Positions 39,431 to 48,358 are shown, numbered from the stretch's first letter. The stretch: 64,000 nt of DNA from Candidatus Latescibacterota bacterium (GCA_965208835.1 OZ242358.1:544001-608000), one strand, 5' to 3'. The notes: a model not told the origin generated them from the sequence alone. A program made the numbers and translations.

Positions 39431-39576
39431 CTATGATAATCATAACCGGGCTCCATGGCAAGCCGACTCTCTGAGTATCTCCATCAGGGAGTCCGAACGA
39501 ACGCTGTTCCGGCGGTTTCGTGATAATCCAGGTCACGCGGGCGTTCTATCTGTTGCTGCCTTCCGGCGCCGGGAAA

Positions 39577-39855
39577 TCAGGTGAGGACGATGCGGAGCTG
39601 CTTTCCCAGGGCCCGCGCAGCGCGGTCCATGGTACGCAACGTTACGGAGGAATTCGAGGAGTCGAGCAGACGGTCCAGCGCCGAACGGCTTGTCTGCATG
39701 CGCCTGGCCATCGCCGACTTGGACAGTTTGTTCTCCTCCATAAATTGACTCAACTGATACGCAATTACCCGTTTCGTTGCTGTGGCTTCCGCTTCACCGA
39801 GAAGGCCCTCTTCGGTGAGGAAATCGTCAAAGTTGCTGCCGGAATGTTTTTTCAT
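39577..39855 (-). CDS. XRE-family HTH protein (orphan antitoxin type)
   Basis: HSGSNFDDFLTEEG, AMARRMQTSRSALDRLLD, TLRTMDRAARALG. Confidence 0.85.
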   Translation of the reverse strand: MKKHSGSNFDDFLTEEGLLGEAEATATKRVIAYQLSQFMEENKLSKSAMARRMQTSRSALDRLLDSSNSSVTLRTMDRAARALGKQLRIVLT

Positions 39856-39890
39856 CTTGCCTCCCATAGCTTCCTTAGTCTGCTGCGTGC
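39852..39890 (-). pseudogene. 3' stub of a RelE/Gp49-like toxin gene (ARSRLRKLWEAR*)
   Basis: 12 codons ending in a TGA that overlaps the antitoxin ATG (ATGA); resembles the 'ARxRLKxL' toxin C-terminus. Confidence 0.45.
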
Positions 39891-39891
39891 C

Positions 39892-40701
39892 CTACTTCTC
39901 CACGACGAAGTGAACGTGGTTCGTCGCATCTCTGAACTGCGGCGATTCCGAAGTTTCAGCCGCGAATTCCAGGACATTTTTGTATGCCTCTGGTTCGTTC
40001 GTCCTCAGCGCCTCGAGAAGCGGCGCCATGCCTTCCAAAAAGCCCTCAGCGCCGGCATAGCTTACAATTCGCAGCCCTGCATCCAGGAGTTCTTCGCGGG
40101 CGATCTCCGGGTTGGACCAGTGACATTCGGTGAAATTGGGACGCTCATGACCTTCGAAGGTTGTCTCACCGAGCAAGCTTCGAAGAAAGGCGGGATCGAT
40201 GAAGCGTTTCGGGAACCCGGTTATACCGCTTCGGAGCATGCCCCACGAATTGAGGAAGGCGACAATCCCCCTGCCGCCGGGCCTCAATATGCGGAACATC
40301 TCGCTCAAAGCCCGTGATCGATCGTCCCTTTCGATGAGATGATATAGAGGACCGAGAAGCAGGGCGGCATCGAAAGATTCGTCCTCGAAGACGCCCAGAT
40401 CAAGTGCATCTCCCTGAAAAAACCGATCGGCGGGTGTTCCTTCCGATGCAAAAGCCCTCTCTGCTCTCTCCAGCAGCTTCTCCGAGAGGTCGCACAGCGT
40501 CATCCGGTACCCGCGCCTGGCGAGTTCGATGGCGTAACGACCCGGTCCGCAACCGATGTCACAAATCGCGCCGTTCGAGGGAAAGTATCTCTCAATCAGG
40601 CGCAGGGTGGACGCGAATTCGATTCTCGGAAGCCCGGCATCCAGCCGTTCCCACTCGCGTTCTGGCGCCGAGTCGTAGAAAGTTCTGACTTGCTTTCTCA
40701 T
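39892..40701 (-). CDS. Class I SAM-dependent methyltransferase (paralog 1)
   Basis: CDIGCGPGRY, LLLGPLYHL, LRPGG. Confidence 0.9.
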   Translation of the reverse strand: MRKQVRTFYDSAPEREWERLDAGLPRIEFASTLRLIERYFPSNGAICDIGCGPGRYAIELARRGYRMTLCDLSEKLLERAERAFASEGTPADRFFQGDALDLGVFEDESFDAALLLGPLYHLIERDDRSRALSEMFRILRPGGRGIVAFLNSWGMLRSGITGFPKRFIDPAFLRSLLGETTFEGHERPNFTECHWSNPEIAREELLDAGLRIVSYAGAEGFLEGMAPLLEALRTNEPEAYKNVLEFAAETSESPQFRDATNHVHFVVEK

Positions 40702-40769
40702 TCATCCGATGATTTCAGAATACGGCTTCACTGACTCCAAATCACGAAAGCGATCTGGCGAAGGGGCCT

Positions 40770-41516
40770 TCAGAGGCAATCTTTCCCTGCCTCGGCTGGT
40801 GCATTTCTTCTACCGAACAATGACTGGTAGATAAAATGCCGGTGGGGAACGTCGCGGCTCTCAAACTGCTCGAACAGAGCACGATCATCGTACGGAACGT
40901 GCCGCATTTTCAATTCGTAACTCCCGGAATCACATTCCACAATGACGAAACGGGCGATCGGTTCGGAATGGCAGCCAAGAGAACCGGGATTCACGTATCT
41001 GGCCTTCCCGATCAAGTCTGACGGCCAATGATCGTGGCCATAGAATACGAGATCGGACTCGATGTCCGCAAAGAGTCTGTCCAGGTCGGCAGGACGTGGC
41101 TCCCGGACGACGGACGCGAAATCATCCCGGGACGCTGTGAGTGCGTAATGAAGGAACGATATTCGAACACCTTCGAATACGCCTTCAATCAGGTGGGGCC
41201 ACTGTCTTATTGAATTGCGATATTCTGGTTCAAGGCTGGAATGTACCCACTTCTGGTGTTCCAAATCACCGTCGCTCATCCACGTCGGCGTCGGTTCCGG
41301 AAGTCCGTCCGCAAACCAGGAATCATGATTCCCGCGGATGAGTTTCATGCCGGGCGTGCGCAACATCAGTTCGAGGCATTCTGCCGGAAATGGTCCAATG
41401 CTTATTGCATCGCCCGTATGATATACCGCATCGACGCCCTCACGTCGAATTGTCCTCAGGGCAGCCTGAAGCGCAGGCAGATTGCCGTGCACGTCTGTCA
41501 TTACAGCGATCTTCAT
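40770..41516 (-). CDS. Metallophosphoesterase
   Basis: DVHGN, GD, RGNHD, GHDH, NPGSLG. Start at ATG 41516. Confidence 0.9.
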   Translation of the reverse strand: MKIAVMTDVHGNLPALQAALRTIRREGVDAVYHTGDAISIGPFPAECLELMLRTPGMKLIRGNHDSWFADGLPEPTPTWMSDGDLEHQKWVHSSLEPEYRNSIRQWPHLIEGVFEGVRISFLHYALTASRDDFASVVREPRPADLDRLFADIESDLVFYGHDHWPSDLIGKARYVNPGSLGCHSEPIARFVIVECDSGSYELKMRHVPYDDRALFEQFESRDVPHRHFIYQSLFGRRNAPAEAGKDCL

Positions 41517-41598
41517 ATTCCGTCCAGTGCCGTTTTTAGTCAAGCGACTGGCAATTCTCAATCCCGTATCTTGCCATTGAGGCCGCGATCCGTGAGCC

Positions 41599-41794
41599 TA
41601 ACCTTGATTCGTAAGTCTTCGGTGACGTTAATTCGAATATGTGCTTGTAAATAAAGGCGATTAGACAGCGGATTACCAGGATACACCGGGTCATTGGCCG
41701 TGAAGGAAAAAAATGTCCTTCTATACGTCGAAAACGCCCCGTTTCGGAGGGTTTTATCGCGTCGCCGCGTTGCTGTTTTTTTCGGATTGAGGCT
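41599..41794 (+). repeat. ~195-bp MITE-like repeat family A, copy 3
   Basis: Imperfect terminal IRs AACCTTGATTCG / CGGATTGAGGCT; copies at 14574 and 30873. Confidence 0.88.
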
Positions 41795-41818
41795 AAGCCT
41801 CGAGATCATCGACGTGCG

Positions 41819-42628
41819 TTATTTTTCAACGACGAAGTGAACGTGGTTCGTTGCATCTCTGAACTGGGGCAACTCCGACGTTTCAGCCGCGAACTCCAGG
41901 ACGTTTTCGAATGCCTCCGGTTCATCCTTCCTGAGTGACTCGAACAGCGGCGCCATGCCTCCCAGGAATCCCTGCGCACCCGCATAGCTGATGATTCGCA
42001 GCCCCGCATCCTGAAGTTCCTCGTTGGCGATATCGGGGTTGGACCAGTGACATTCGGTGAATCCGGAGAGTTCATGGTCTTCAAATGCCTGTTCGCCGAG
42101 CATGCTCCGCAGAAAAGCGGGATTTCGGAAACGCTTCGGGAAATCGACGACACCACTTCTGAGCAGCCCCCACGAATTGAGAAAGGCTATTATTGCCCTG
42201 CCGCCCGGTTTCAGTATGCGGACCATCTCACGCAAGGCCTTTGATCGATCATCCCTCTTGATCAGGTGGTACAGAGGACCGAGAAGCAGTACGGCATCGA
42301 ACGATTCGTCGCGAAAACATGCAAGGTCGCGTGCATCACCCTTAATAAAGCGTTCCGCGCTGATTCCTTCCGATGTAAACGCTTGTTTTGCTCTCTCCAG
42401 CAGTTTTCCGGAAAGGTCGAACAGCGTCACCCGGTACCCGCGTCTGGCGAGTTCGATGGCGTAACGACCCGGTCCGCACCCGATGTCGCAAACGTCCCCG
42501 TTTTCGGGAAAGTATTTCTCAATCAGGCGCAGGGTGGCTGCGAACTCGACTCGCGAAAGCCCGGTATCCAGCCGTTCCCACTCGCGTTCAGGCGCCGCGT
42601 CGTAATAGTTCCTGACGTGCTTGCTCAT
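41819..42628 (-). CDS. Class I SAM-dependent methyltransferase (paralog 2)
   Basis: Same length (269 aa) and colinear with 39892-40701. Confidence 0.9.
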   Translation of the reverse strand: MSKHVRNYYDAAPEREWERLDTGLSRVEFAATLRLIEKYFPENGDVCDIGCGPGRYAIELARRGYRVTLFDLSGKLLERAKQAFTSEGISAERFIKGDARDLACFRDESFDAVLLLGPLYHLIKRDDRSKALREMVRILKPGGRAIIAFLNSWGLLRSGVVDFPKRFRNPAFLRSMLGEQAFEDHELSGFTECHWSNPDIANEELQDAGLRIISYAGAQGFLGGMAPLFESLRKDEPEAFENVLEFAAETSELPQFRDATNHVHFVVEK

Positions 42629-42760
42629 TCAGGGTTCAATACAACAAAACGGTTCCTGTCTGCAAGAACCGCGAATGCGAATTGGCGACCGGGCGCATGC
42701 GTCGAAACCTGCGTTATGGTATCACAGGCTGCCTGGCCGGGAGCAGGTCTGAGCGGATGT

Positions 42761-43051
42761 TCAAGCGCTCAAGGACTGGGCGACTGCTGCTGGGTTTTCG
42801 GAAGCGATCTTGAGAAGGGCACGGGCGGGACCCCTGGGACGGCGGCGCCCCTGCTCCCAATTTTGCAGAGTAGAGACGCTGACACCAATCATCAGCGCGA
42901 ACTCAGATTGGGATTGATTCAGTCTCTTTCGGATCAACCTGATATCTGCCGGATCCATCTGCGTCGTGCGCCCTGGCTCCAACGCTCCTCGCTTGATCTC
43001 TCCGGCCTGTTTGACGCTGGCCGCCAGTCGGGCAAAGTCGTGCTCATTCAT
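42761..43051 (-). CDS. HigA/NadS-like HTH antitoxin
   Basis: IRKRLNQSQSEFALMIGVSVSTLQNWEQGRRRPRGPARALL. Confidence 0.9.
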   Translation of the reverse strand: MNEHDFARLAASVKQAGEIKRGALEPGRTTQMDPADIRLIRKRLNQSQSEFALMIGVSVSTLQNWEQGRRRPRGPARALLKIASENPAAVAQSLSA

Positions 43052-43365
43052 GCCAGATACTCCTTTACGAGTCTACCAAGCTGCCTGCACTGTTGAGGAG
43101 TGAGATCCTCCTGTCGGCTCTTGCGATACACCCACAACATATAAATGACTTCGGCCGGCCCATCCCAATAGTAAATCACCCGGAGACCACCCTGTTTGCC
43201 AGCGTGCGGCAATTTCCATCTAAGCTTTCGCAATCCACCACTGCGTTGAATGACCTCTCCTGACTCCGGGCGGAACAGGAGCGCCAGTTGCATCTTGCGG
43301 TAGCCGTCGTCGGGCACCAGAGTGACGATCTCCTTTGTGAAGATTGGCGTTTCAACAAAGATCAT
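43048..43365 (-). CDS. RelE/HigB-family toxin
   Basis: MIFVETPIF, GGLRKLRW, GKQGGLRVIYY, YRKSRQEDLT. Stop overlaps the antitoxin ATG. Confidence 0.9.
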   Translation of the reverse strand: MIFVETPIFTKEIVTLVPDDGYRKMQLALLFRPESGEVIQRSGGLRKLRWKLPHAGKQGGLRVIYYWDGPAEVIYMLWVYRKSRQEDLTPQQCRQLGRLVKEYLA

Positions 43366-43374
43366 GATAATGAT

Positions 43375-43403
43375 AGTATACGCCAATGGCGTATAAAATG
43401 CAA
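43375..43403 (-). promoter_or_regulatory. Sigma70 promoter with perfect palindromic operator for the higBA-like operon
   Basis: TTGCAT-17 bp-TATACT; palindrome TATACGCCA-N-TGGCGTATA at 43377-43395; -10 lies 9 nt from the ATG. Confidence 0.8.
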
Positions 43404-43499
43404 GGTCTTTACTCAAGCAGCACGACTAATTTCGCTATGTCCGAACCGCGAATACGTACATCGGTTTGTGGACGTCGTTGGCGTGACTACGGTAGGGTC

Positions 43500-44282
43500 T
43501 CAGAGGAAGTTGCGCAGCTCCAGCAGATTCCCGATCTCCGCAAATGGCTGGATCTCGCCGGGATCCCTGTCTTTCCGATTCACCCAGATTCCCCTGATTC
43601 CGGCCTCTTGCGCGCCGCCGATGTCTCTTCGGATATTGTCTCCTACCATCAGTATCTGCTCAGGTCCGGCATCAGCAAGTCGAAGCGCGTTCTCAAAGAA
43701 AAATGGATGGGGTTTGGCGAATCCGATGTCAGCCGAGACAAGCACGTCGTCGAAAAAATCCGTCAGACCGCTGGTCTCGAGTTTCAGTCGCTGCAGATCG
43801 GATGCGCCGTTTGTGGCCAGAACCAATCGAACCGCTCCTTCAAGTTCATCCAGTATCTCGGCTGTCTCCGGAAAACACTCGAACAGTCCCGTCCGGGTCT
43901 CGACAAATTCGTCAGCAAGGATCCGGGCCAGCCGTTCGTCATCGACACCCAGATCTTTCAGAGCCCGTGACCACGACTCGAACCGGTACGTTGGAGCCCA
44001 CTCCCGCAGCCAGACGAGGTTCTCATCCTCCCCGGCGAACCCGGCCCACAGGCCCTCCCAGGAACTGATCCCGACCCGGCGGCAGTAGTCGATTACCGGC
44101 GTTGAACGCCAGAGTTCGCCGGCCTGCTCCAGGACCCTGTCCCGGAGTTCAGGCGGATGGACGCCGGCGGCAGCGTTCGCGCGTTGTCCGGTCTGTTCGA
44201 GCGCCTTGATCGCAATCGGTTTTTCGAGAATGAGGGTTTCGTCAAGGTCGAATAGAATCGCTTGAACCGCAGTTCGGACCAT
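43500..44282 (-). CDS. HAD-family hydrolase
   Basis: LFDLDETL, ATNG, KPHP, MVGDNIRRDIGGA. Confidence 0.9.
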   Translation of the reverse strand: MVRTAVQAILFDLDETLILEKPIAIKALEQTGQRANAAAGVHPPELRDRVLEQAGELWRSTPVIDYCRRVGISSWEGLWAGFAGEDENLVWLREWAPTYRFESWSRALKDLGVDDERLARILADEFVETRTGLFECFPETAEILDELEGAVRLVLATNGASDLQRLKLETSGLTDFFDDVLVSADIGFAKPHPFFFENALRLADAGPEQILMVGDNIRRDIGGAQEAGIRGIWVNRKDRDPGEIQPFAEIGNLLELRNFL

Positions 44283-44337
44283 TAGTTTTCTCGATTTCCA
44301 CCATCTTGAATGATGTCCGGCCGATTGCAAACTTGAA

Positions 44338-45138
44338 TCAGCCCGCAGGTTGACGCTGCGCGGCTTCCCATAGTGCCGGCACGTCCTGGGCACTTTCGAT
44401 TTCGGGGAAATACCGTGCCATGTTGTCAGCGCAGATCGATTGGACCATGTCGGCGACGTAGGACGGATCGACGAGAGACTCGATTCGTTCGTGCCAGGTA
44501 CTGCGGTTCTGATGTCCGCTTCCCGCGTCGAGCGTGTCCACGGGTATCTGCAGGAAGTCTGCCAGTCGCCGATGCGAACAGGCCAGTTCGTGGGTCCTGA
44601 TCACCAGCCGCCGGTCCGGCGGGATTGAATGGCACCTGTCCACGTGCCCGTTCCATGTATGAAGGAAGGCCTCAGCCGAATCCAGCCCTCTCTCCGCAAG
44701 GGCGCGATCGTGACGCGAGTGGGGATATCGTTCCGGTTTGGTCCACCAGGGGAGGAAGTCCAGGATTTCAGAGGGCATCTCGCGGCTGACGAGGTGCCCG
44801 ACGGCCGATTGAAGCCACGAATAACAGTCGCGAATGAGAACGATGAACTTCGCGGCAGGGAAGACGTCCAGCAAGTGGCCGATGATGAACTGGTTCGCCC
44901 ACGAGACATCGTATTCCAGGTTGAGCCGGTCATCGCGCTCGACGAGAAACTCTCGAAATGCGAGGGCTGAGACTTCGCCTCGGGATTCTCCGAGTATCAT
45001 ATCAAGCAACTCCGGTCGCTCTGGTTCGTGTGCCGCGCGGTAATTCGCTGAAAGCAGACCGACGAGAGATGCCGTACCGGACTTCGCCTGCCCGACGCAG
45101 AAGGCCTTGACCCGAACTGGCCTGTGATTAACGGTCAT
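44338..45138 (-). CDS. Sulfotransferase-family protein
   Basis: FCVGQAKSGTASL (5'-PSB) and LIRDCYSWLQS (3'-PB). Confidence 0.8.
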   Translation of the reverse strand: MTVNHRPVRVKAFCVGQAKSGTASLVGLLSANYRAAHEPERPELLDMILGESRGEVSALAFREFLVERDDRLNLEYDVSWANQFIIGHLLDVFPAAKFIVLIRDCYSWLQSAVGHLVSREMPSEILDFLPWWTKPERYPHSRHDRALAERGLDSAEAFLHTWNGHVDRCHSIPPDRRLVIRTHELACSHRRLADFLQIPVDTLDAGSGHQNRSTWHERIESLVDPSYVADMVQSICADNMARYFPEIESAQDVPALWEAAQRQPAG

Positions 45139-45224
45139 GGAATTCCCGAGAGTGCTTGTATCGGTAACGATGTTGTCCTCGAATATCGTACATCGAAACC
45201 AAATGTCGCGCCGAATTTCCCAAG

Positions 45225-45869
45225 TCACGATTCAAGCGGTGGAAGGTCAATTGGGGTCAGCACGCCGAAAAAGCCATACTTGATTCCAGAAGGATCTCCT
45301 TTGCCGGGTGGAAAGTACTCCTCTATCAGTTCCAGGAGCCGACGGTTGAATTCGGCCGCCTGCCGTTCCGAAAGTCGAGCGCGGTTATGGTTGACGGAGC
45401 TTTGAAATCTCGGCCCGAATATGCCGTCCGCACTCTCCCGAAACGCCTGGTTGAACTGGCAGGCCACTTCTGAAGATACCGCCTCAGTGGATTCGGCATC
45501 ATTGTCGCCTGGGTCCGGGAATCGGATTCTGGCTGCCGCCGGGAGACAACGCCAGGCCCTCGGGTCGCCACCGTTCTGCTGAAGATGTACGATATCTGAT
45601 TCCGCAAGTCGCTCCAGGTGGCGGAGGATGCGGGAATCAGTCACACCCAACGTCGACGAAATCTCCGCCACGGTCTTCCCTTCCCCGAGAGTTTCCAGGA
45701 TGCGCCGGCGAAGGGGGTCAGCGAGCAAACGGACTCGTTCGTCATCGACGACAAGCAGAGATTCCCTTCCGGTTTCAACCGTGAATGTCAATTCGATCCA
45801 ACCCACCATCCGGATCCTCCATCGGAATGTCGTTGCCGTTGTGGTACTCCAGCTGAGGATTAACTCCAC
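45225..45869 (-). CDS. ArsR-like winged-helix transcriptional regulator (start uncertain)
   Basis: LLADPLRRRILETL..KTVAEISSTLGV....LRHLERL. Confidence 0.75.
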   Translation of the reverse strand: MELILSWSTTTATTFRWRIRMVGWIELTFTVETGRESLLVVDDERVRLLADPLRRRILETLGEGKTVAEISSTLGVTDSRILRHLERLAESDIVHLQQNGGDPRAWRCLPAAARIRFPDPGDNDAESTEAVSSEVACQFNQAFRESADGIFGPRFQSSVNHNRARLSERQAAEFNRRLLELIEEYFPPGKGDPSGIKYGFFGVLTPIDLPPLES

Positions 45870-45884
45870 GACAATGGCGCGAGA

Positions 45885-46583
45885 TCATCTGCGACCGACC
45901 CCTAATAGTGGAGGCAGGTCCGCCAACGAAGTAATCTCGTAATCAGCCTGTATCCAGGAGTCGTTTCTCCGGCCTTCGCGATTCAACCACACGGTAGGCG
46001 CTCCGGCATGTCTCGCTCCCGCAACGTCGTTTTCCAGAGAATCTCCCACGTGCAGAAGCTGCTCCAGCTGACAGCCCGCACGTCGCGCGGTGATCTGAAA
46101 GATCCGTGGATCGGGCTTCTCAAAACGCACATCCTGGGAGTATACAACAAAGGCGAATCGTCCTTCAAGTCCGCATTGTTCGGGGTAGCTGTTCCCGTTT
46201 GACAGAAGTCCGATCTTGAAATGCGGCGATAGAATGTCGAGAGCCGGCGCCACGTCCGGATACAACTCGATGTCTTCAAAACGGTGCTTCCGATATACCT
46301 CATTCAAATCAATTGCCAGGCTGCTGTCGTGACAGCCAACCCGCTCGAGCGTCCTCTCAAATGCAATCCGTCGGATCTCCGAGAGATTCCAGACCTTGCC
46401 CCGCAGTTCCTCGGCAATCTGATCGCGAATGCCAATCATTTCGTCTACGGTGAGACGCGATGCGTGTTCTGTAGGCGCCATTCTGCGCAATTCCACCAAT
46501 GCGTGTTTCAGTGAATGTCTCATGACCTTATGAAAGTCCCACAGGGTCATGTCCCCATCGAATGAAATCGCTGAAATGCGCAA
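45885..46583 (-). CDS. HAD-family hydrolase
   Basis: SFDGDMTL, LSNGN, KPDP, HVGDSLENDVAGA. Confidence 0.9.
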   Translation of the reverse strand: MRISAISFDGDMTLWDFHKVMRHSLKHALVELRRMAPTEHASRLTVDEMIGIRDQIAEELRGKVWNLSEIRRIAFERTLERVGCHDSSLAIDLNEVYRKHRFEDIELYPDVAPALDILSPHFKIGLLSNGNSYPEQCGLEGRFAFVVYSQDVRFEKPDPRIFQITARRAGCQLEQLLHVGDSLENDVAGARHAGAPTVWLNREGRRNDSWIQADYEITSLADLPPLLGVGRR

Positions 46584-46607
46584 GGTTTGCGCCTCCTGAT
46601 ATCTTAT

Positions 46608-47054
46608 CTACGCCGCATCTCCGCTGGCGCCGCGCAACGCACCCATCTTCGCCATCCTGGCAATCAACGCGGTTCCGACCGCCGAGGCTGAACTCAGTAT
46701 CGTCACGGCGCCGACGGTTACAACGCCCCACAACCAGAGCGGAAGGGCGGGATTCACCGTCCCTACCAGAAAGGGAAGTACGCCTACCAGTAAGCCACTC
46801 GCGGCTCCCCACGCACCGACTCGCGATAGCGTCAACGCATCGAGCCTGCGCCGGCTCTCCGCGATTCTGACCACCGCGGAAAAGACCGCCCCGCAAAGAA
46901 AGCCCGGGTACGACCCGATCGCCACCCACATTTCATCCATGGAACCGCCTGGGTCCACGATGATCCCTGTCAGCACGCCAACGGGCGACCATACCACGGC
47001 CCAGCCCACGGCTACGAGGACGACAACGACGATGCGTCTGAAGTACACATTCAT
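46608..47054 (-). CDS. Small 4-TM membrane protein
   Basis: 148 aa with four hydrophobic segments; RBS GGAG. Confidence 0.65.
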   Translation of the reverse strand: MNVYFRRIVVVVLVAVGWAVVWSPVGVLTGIIVDPGGSMDEMWVAIGSYPGFLCGAVFSAVVRIAESRRRLDALTLSRVGAWGAASGLLVGVLPFLVGTVNPALPLWLWGVVTVGAVTILSSASAVGTALIARMAKMGALRGASGDAA

Positions 47055-47155
47055 CGGCTAACTCTCCGTTTGCGCTTGTTCGTTTTTCGCGATTACTTCT
47101 GTCATTCTCGAGTCTGGCGTCGCGTGTTGAAGCGGTTCCGGCAGCTTCTGAATGC

Positions 47156-47539
47156 CTAAATATCCACTTGGTAGTTCAACGCGGCTTCGTCCCCCGTCAT
47201 TCCGCGGAATCCCCAATTGCCGGCAGGAGTCTCGAACAGGGTGATCTCCACGTCAATCGTCGCAATACCCAAATTCTCCTCAATTCGGTCGAACAAAAGG
47301 CGGATGAGCTTCTTCCTGGCTTCGGCTGACCGTCCTTCCATCAGAGAAATCTCAATTACCGTGTACGCATCCGTACGGCCATCGGGATAGAAAAAGTCCT
47401 CAGGATCCATTGGAATGAAGCGATGAGCGCGCTTGTCACCCGGAAATGACAGGGCGTCAACCATACATTCGTTGATCACATCAGATAACTTCGCCTTGAT
47501 TGGATCCAGATGGTTTCTCAGTCCGTAGACTCGAATCAC
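47156..47539 (-). CDS. Tautomerase-family protein
   Basis: EISLMEGRSAEARKKLI, DVEITLFETPAGNWGFRG. Confidence 0.85.
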   Translation of the reverse strand: MIRVYGLRNHLDPIKAKLSDVINECMVDALSFPGDKRAHRFIPMDPEDFFYPDGRTDAYTVIEISLMEGRSAEARKKLIRLLFDRIEENLGIATIDVEITLFETPAGNWGFRGMTGDEAALNYQVDI

Positions 47540-47835
47540 GCGGTACCTCCGTCCGAGTGAATGTATCAGCGAATCCGTCAGGCTTCGCTTTCACCCGGAA
47601 TCAACTCGCCGGCTGTCTGGTGCCGGATCGTTCCAACACAACCGGCAGATTCCTGCTTTCTTGACTGCTCTCGTCGAGTCGAGACAATTTACTTGGGAGC
47701 TTTTTCGTGTTCCTATGCGTTTTTTTGGTCCCGAATTTCGGTATCGTCGGACCTGTGTGACAATCGGGTGCAGGTTAATCGATATACCAATATTCATGAT
47801 CGTATCGACCTGTAATGATCGTATTCCCAATATAT

Positions 47836-47858
47836 AAAAAATGCCCCAAAGGGGGCAT
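47836..47858 (-). terminator. Intrinsic terminator after hicA
   Basis: ATGCCCC / GGGGCAT stem followed by TTTTT on the minus strand. Confidence 0.6.
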
Positions 47859-47888
47859 CATCTTGTTTCGAATTCGACTGACGGAATC

Positions 47889-48116
47889 TTACGTTCGAAG
47901 GAAGTCTTCCGTCGTTACTCCGGCTTGTTTTAGAATCGAGGCTAATGTACCCTCCGGCAGATCTCCAGAGTGATTGGGAATCGTCGTTCGACGTCGAGTG
48001 ACGGGATTCCACCAAATCTCATGACTGCCTCGTGCGTGTCGGTCAAATGTGAATCCCAACCGCCTCAATCTTCGGATTAACTGTCTATATGTGAAACCCG
48101 CGAGCCGGCCCATCAA
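47889..48116 (-). CDS. hicA: HicA-family toxin
   Basis: LRRLGF...ARGSHEIW...TTIPNH..DLPEGTLASILKQAG. Confidence 0.9.
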   Translation of the reverse strand: MMGRLAGFTYRQLIRRLRRLGFTFDRHARGSHEIWWNPVTRRRTTIPNHSGDLPEGTLASILKQAGVTTEDFLRT

Positions 48117-48358
48117 ACACCTACGGGAATATCCAACTCCACGACGTCCATATTTATCGCATGCAAACCATCCGGCAGCGGGTCGCCATGTTCCCTGCAG
48201 GATTCGACAAGCTTCCTGGCAACATCTTGAGCGATTTCAACCGTCTCGGCCACTGTTCGTCCCTGCGCCACAAGTCCGTCGAAATCTTCGGAGGTAGCCA
48301 GGAATTGACCGTTTTCTACTCGCCTGATTTGAAGACGAAGCCGGTATTCCACTGACAT
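48113..48358 (-). CDS. hicB: Short HicB-family antitoxin
   Basis: FLATSEDFDGLVAQGRTVAETVEIAQDVAR...GDPLP; coupled upstream of hicA. Confidence 0.82.
   Translation of the reverse strand: MSVEYRLRLQIRRVENGQFLATSEDFDGLVAQGRTVAETVEIAQDVARKLVESCREHGDPLPDGLHAINMDVVELDIPVGV

Noticed and set aside
28970-48358. Integron cassette array
   Set aside because: No integrase and no recurring attC structure between genes; several genes abut or overlap directly. Kept only as an unexplained accessory array.
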